From positions 8,668 through 72,667 of the forward strand of contig JBDQPD010000002.1 in the NCBI GenBank assembly GCA_040260805.1: a DNA stretch of 64,000 bases, read 5' to 3'. The notes under the pieces are model-generated. The model was not told the origin of the DNA, ran no database searches, and saw nothing but the letters and a program-made list of their open reading frames with translations. Shown in pieces: positions 61,765 through 64,000 of this stretch (position 1 is its first letter; the number at the start of each line of letters is the position of its first letter). Source of the DNA: Myxococcota bacterium. Lineage in GTDB: Bacteria; Myxococcota; UBA4151. The translations under genes were made by a program, and so were the position numbers.

Positions 61765-62728
61765 CGAGATCACCACGCCTCCACGCTTCAACCCATTGGG
61801 CTTCGTCGCGCCTTGACCAGTGCCAGGTCTTAGCGGGCAAACCGAACCAAGGTCGCAGCTCCAGTTGATACCCTATCTCACGAAAACCTGCGGCTCTATT
61901 CTTTGCTCTAGAGGCTGCGTTGTGATGCTGAATAGCGCCGAAAATAGAAGTTCCAGGTGGCCAATGAGAGATCACCCAACGGGTTAGCGCCTTCGCCAGA
62001 CCATGACCTCGATGAGCATCCAAAACGTAGCTATCGTGAAGGATAGAGACTCCGGGTTCGACCTCCGTAGTCCACGCTGCACCGACCTCGAGCGCGCCGT
62101 GATAGAGTACAGCGCCGAAGGTGCGCTCATCCCCATTGGCCGGTAAGATTAACCCGCTCGATGCGAGCTCCAAACGCAAATCATCGAGATACCCTTCACG
62201 CAAGGTGTATCCATCAGGCACGTCAACATTTTGAGCCGTTGCCTGAGCCGCAATTAGGCACCGAAAGCTCGGCTGAAACGGACGCAAGAGGGTGCGATAA
62301 AGGATGTACATCAAGACACCCGGAAAAGACCAACTTCGTGCGATCCTGCGACGCTCTCGGTACCAAAGCGTGAGCCTCTTGGTGGTGTTTAGGAGGCCTA
62401 AAGTGCTTAAGATCTGACTCCAGCCGTTTCGAGAGATGTGCCGAACAATACCAACGACCTGAGCCCTCGGAATCCAAGGGTCTGCTTGGAACAGATAATC
62501 ACCGCGCGTTCGGACCCGATCTCCACGGCAAGCGACCAGACGATGCACAACCAAAGACGGGCGACCGTCGTCAAAAGCAACCAGGTCGCCGACCTCATAA
62601 TTCGAACACTTCTCAATTCGGACCTGGTCGCCAACACACAGCATCGGCCACATCGAGTTGCCCTGGACGCGAAGCGTGGCAACTTGACCTTGATCCAATA
62701 AGGCGAGCGACAGATCAGCCGGTCGCAT
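61748..62728 (-). CDS. S24/S26-family peptidase fused to a C-terminal GNAT acetyltransferase
   Basis: GNSMWPML..GD, VVHRL, TRGD; then VLDAHRGHGLA and NAAS...GF; ATG 62728 overlaps the upstream gene. Confidence 0.75.
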   Translation of the reverse strand: MRPADLSLALLDQGQVATLRVQGNSMWPMLCVGDQVRIEKCSNYEVGDLVAFDDGRPSLVVHRLVACRGDRVRTRGDYLFQADPWIPRAQVVGIVRHISRNGWSQILSTLGLLNTTKRLTLWYRERRRIARSWSFPGVLMYILYRTLLRPFQPSFRCLIAAQATAQNVDVPDGYTLREGYLDDLRLELASSGLILPANGDERTFGAVLYHGALEVGAAWTTEVEPGVSILHDSYVLDAHRGHGLAKALTRWVISHWPPGTSIFGAIQHHNAASRAKNRAAGFREIGYQLELRPWFGLPAKTWHWSRRDEAQWVEAWRRGDLARVRR

Positions 62729-63491
62729 CAAGTGCTCGCTTGAGTTCCTCAACGGGCGATTGCGCGATCGCCCAGCCCACACGAAAAACCGGAACCGTTT
62801 TGAGGGCTTGGTGCGCCCAGTCCAAATCGTCGAACAGGTCGTCGCCCCGCAAACGCACCATAGCGTTTGCCGCACTGATCAATGCTTCAGCGCTCTGTAT
62901 GCGGTGAATAGAGGTGTGATCATCGTGCGCCGGAACCAACAAAGCCGCCAGCGGCTTTGCCTCCCAAACTTGCGGCAAACGCTCGCCTGGAACCAGGCAC
63001 GCTTGAGCATGCAGCAGCTTATCTTTCCATCGCAAAGCGATGCCCTCATCCCCCATTTCTTCCCCGCCCAACGATGCGGTCAAGGTGCTCTTCCCAGCAC
63101 CCGAAGCGCCAATCGCAACGACCGCTCCGTAGCCGGGCAAGTGTCGTCCTGCAGCGTGCAGCAAACGCTCACTTCGCCGACGTAAAAAATGAGCCGTGAG
63201 CGCCATGACGCCATGAAGAATGGATCGAGGCGCTCCGTGCCGAAGCGGGCGCCCGGGGAGCTCAGGATATTCAAGCTCCCCGCCCAGGGAGACCGGGCCG
63301 AGCGCTAAGGTGCAGCCACCTAAATGCGGAGCCGAGACCCCCGTAGCGACGAGGACCCCACGCCAGTTATCACGAGCTGGAAGGTTCTTAAATCGCTCGA
63401 AAAAGCGCTGCGCGAGCGCTTCAGTCTCTGGCTCATAACCGCGCAGCTCAAGTTCCAGATTTGCTGGGCCTAAGCAGAAGGCTAATGCCAA
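62715..63491 (-). CDS. HPr-kinase-related P-loop protein (HprK-related / ScmC-like)
   Basis: LLHAAG, GASGAGKSTL Walker A, GDE acidic motif, PLAAL. Confidence 0.75.
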   Translation of the reverse strand: MALAFCLGPANLELELRGYEPETEALAQRFFERFKNLPARDNWRGVLVATGVSAPHLGGCTLALGPVSLGGELEYPELPGRPLRHGAPRSILHGVMALTAHFLRRRSERLLHAAGRHLPGYGAVVAIGASGAGKSTLTASLGGEEMGDEGIALRWKDKLLHAQACLVPGERLPQVWEAKPLAALLVPAHDDHTSIHRIQSAEALISAANAMVRLRGDDLFDDLDWAHQALKTVPVFRVGWAIAQSPVEELKRALDATG

Positions 63492-63503
63492 AAATACTAG
63501 CCT

Positions 63504-63620
63504 CTAGAAGCCGCTGGCGAGCGCATCTTGAACCAGACGCTTCTCGTCCCGCACCCGAGGCGGCTGATAAGCTTTACGCTGCTGATCGTGCGAAGCCGTC
63601 TTCTCTTTAGTCTTTTTCAT
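63504..63620 (-). CDS. Putative RiPP-precursor-like peptide (38 aa, or 40 aa from ATG 63626)
   Basis: MKKTKEKTASHDQQRKAYQPPRVRDEKRLVQDALASGF; GAGGGG RBS 6 nt upstream; fills the gap between two co-oriented genes; not in the ORF track. Confidence 0.7.
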   Translation of the reverse strand: MKKTKEKTASHDQQRKAYQPPRVRDEKRLVQDALASGF

Positions 63621-63630
63621 TTTCATCCCC

Positions 63631-64000
63631 TCAATAACGGAGGCGCCAGGATCCACCCGACACCGTCCGAACAACTGCTAAATCAATGGCGCTATCACCA
63701 TTTGCATCGGCACAAACGCCTAAGCCCCAACCGGAACCCAAATCATACTCACGATCTGAGCTCAAGTTGAAGTCCGCTCCGTTTTGATGACCAAAGTACA
63801 CGTAGGCACGCGTCTCGGCACCCAGGATCAAATCGTCATAACCATCACCGTTAATATCACATGAGCTCTGCTGGTTCGCGTACTTAAATCGTGGCGTGGT
63901 GCCAGGAATAGGCAGCGTGACGGTGGCATCGGTGCTCAGGGTGTTTGCCCCTTCGTAGATGTACCACCAATACGTCCCTTGGGTGGTTCCGTGGTTGACA
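63631..64000 (-). CDS. 3' end of an FG-GAP (integrin-alpha-like) repeat protein (partial)
   Basis: Frame is open to the window edge; CDINGDGYDDLILGA...AYVYFG and ADANGDSAIDLAV motifs. Confidence 0.8.
   Translation of the reverse strand, partial: VNHGTTQGTYWWYIYEGANTLSTDATVTLPIPGTTPRFKYANQQSSCDINGDGYDDLILGAETRAYVYFGHQNGADFNLSSDREYDLGSGWGLGVCADANGDSAIDLAVVRTVSGGSWRLRY

Noticed and set aside
61748..63626. Canonical lasso peptide gene cluster
   Set aside because: No asparagine-synthetase-like cyclase or transglutaminase-like B2 protease is present, and the putative core is too short and lacks a ring-forming Asp/Glu.

Overview
Chromosomal segment of a GC-rich (roughly 58-60% by eye), very compactly packed bacterium. 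MglB, MYXO-CTERM tails, DUF4215-type Cys repeats and RCC1 lipoproteins point to Myxococcota or a related deltaproteobacterial lineage. Most of the window is housekeeping: tRNA-Leu(CAA), lspA, secA, nadK, recN, rarA, mutS2, argJ, rseP, fumA, metH, murI, ugd, purF, recQ, a phosphomannomutase, pyrD, def, a transaldolase and PBP1A. I found no mobile element, prophage or CRISPR array. Four accessory modules stand out. (1) At the right end is a RiPP-like cassette: FG-GAP protein, then an unannotated 38-40 aa peptide with a YxxP leader motif, an HPr-kinase-like P-loop protein and an S24/S26-peptidase-GNAT fusion. (2) A locus couples two secreted SNase-family nucleases to a lipoprotein with 10 Ca-binding-type Cys/Asp repeats and to an outer-membrane beta-barrel carrying the same repeats; a third nuclease paralog lies 20 kb away. 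(3) A stator operon has one MotA and two MotB-like subunits, one lacking the peptidoglycan-binding motifs, with no flagellar genes nearby. (4) Two MYXO-CTERM matrixins flank a small stand-alone secreted protein. All calls come from motif recognition by eye; no database searches were run.
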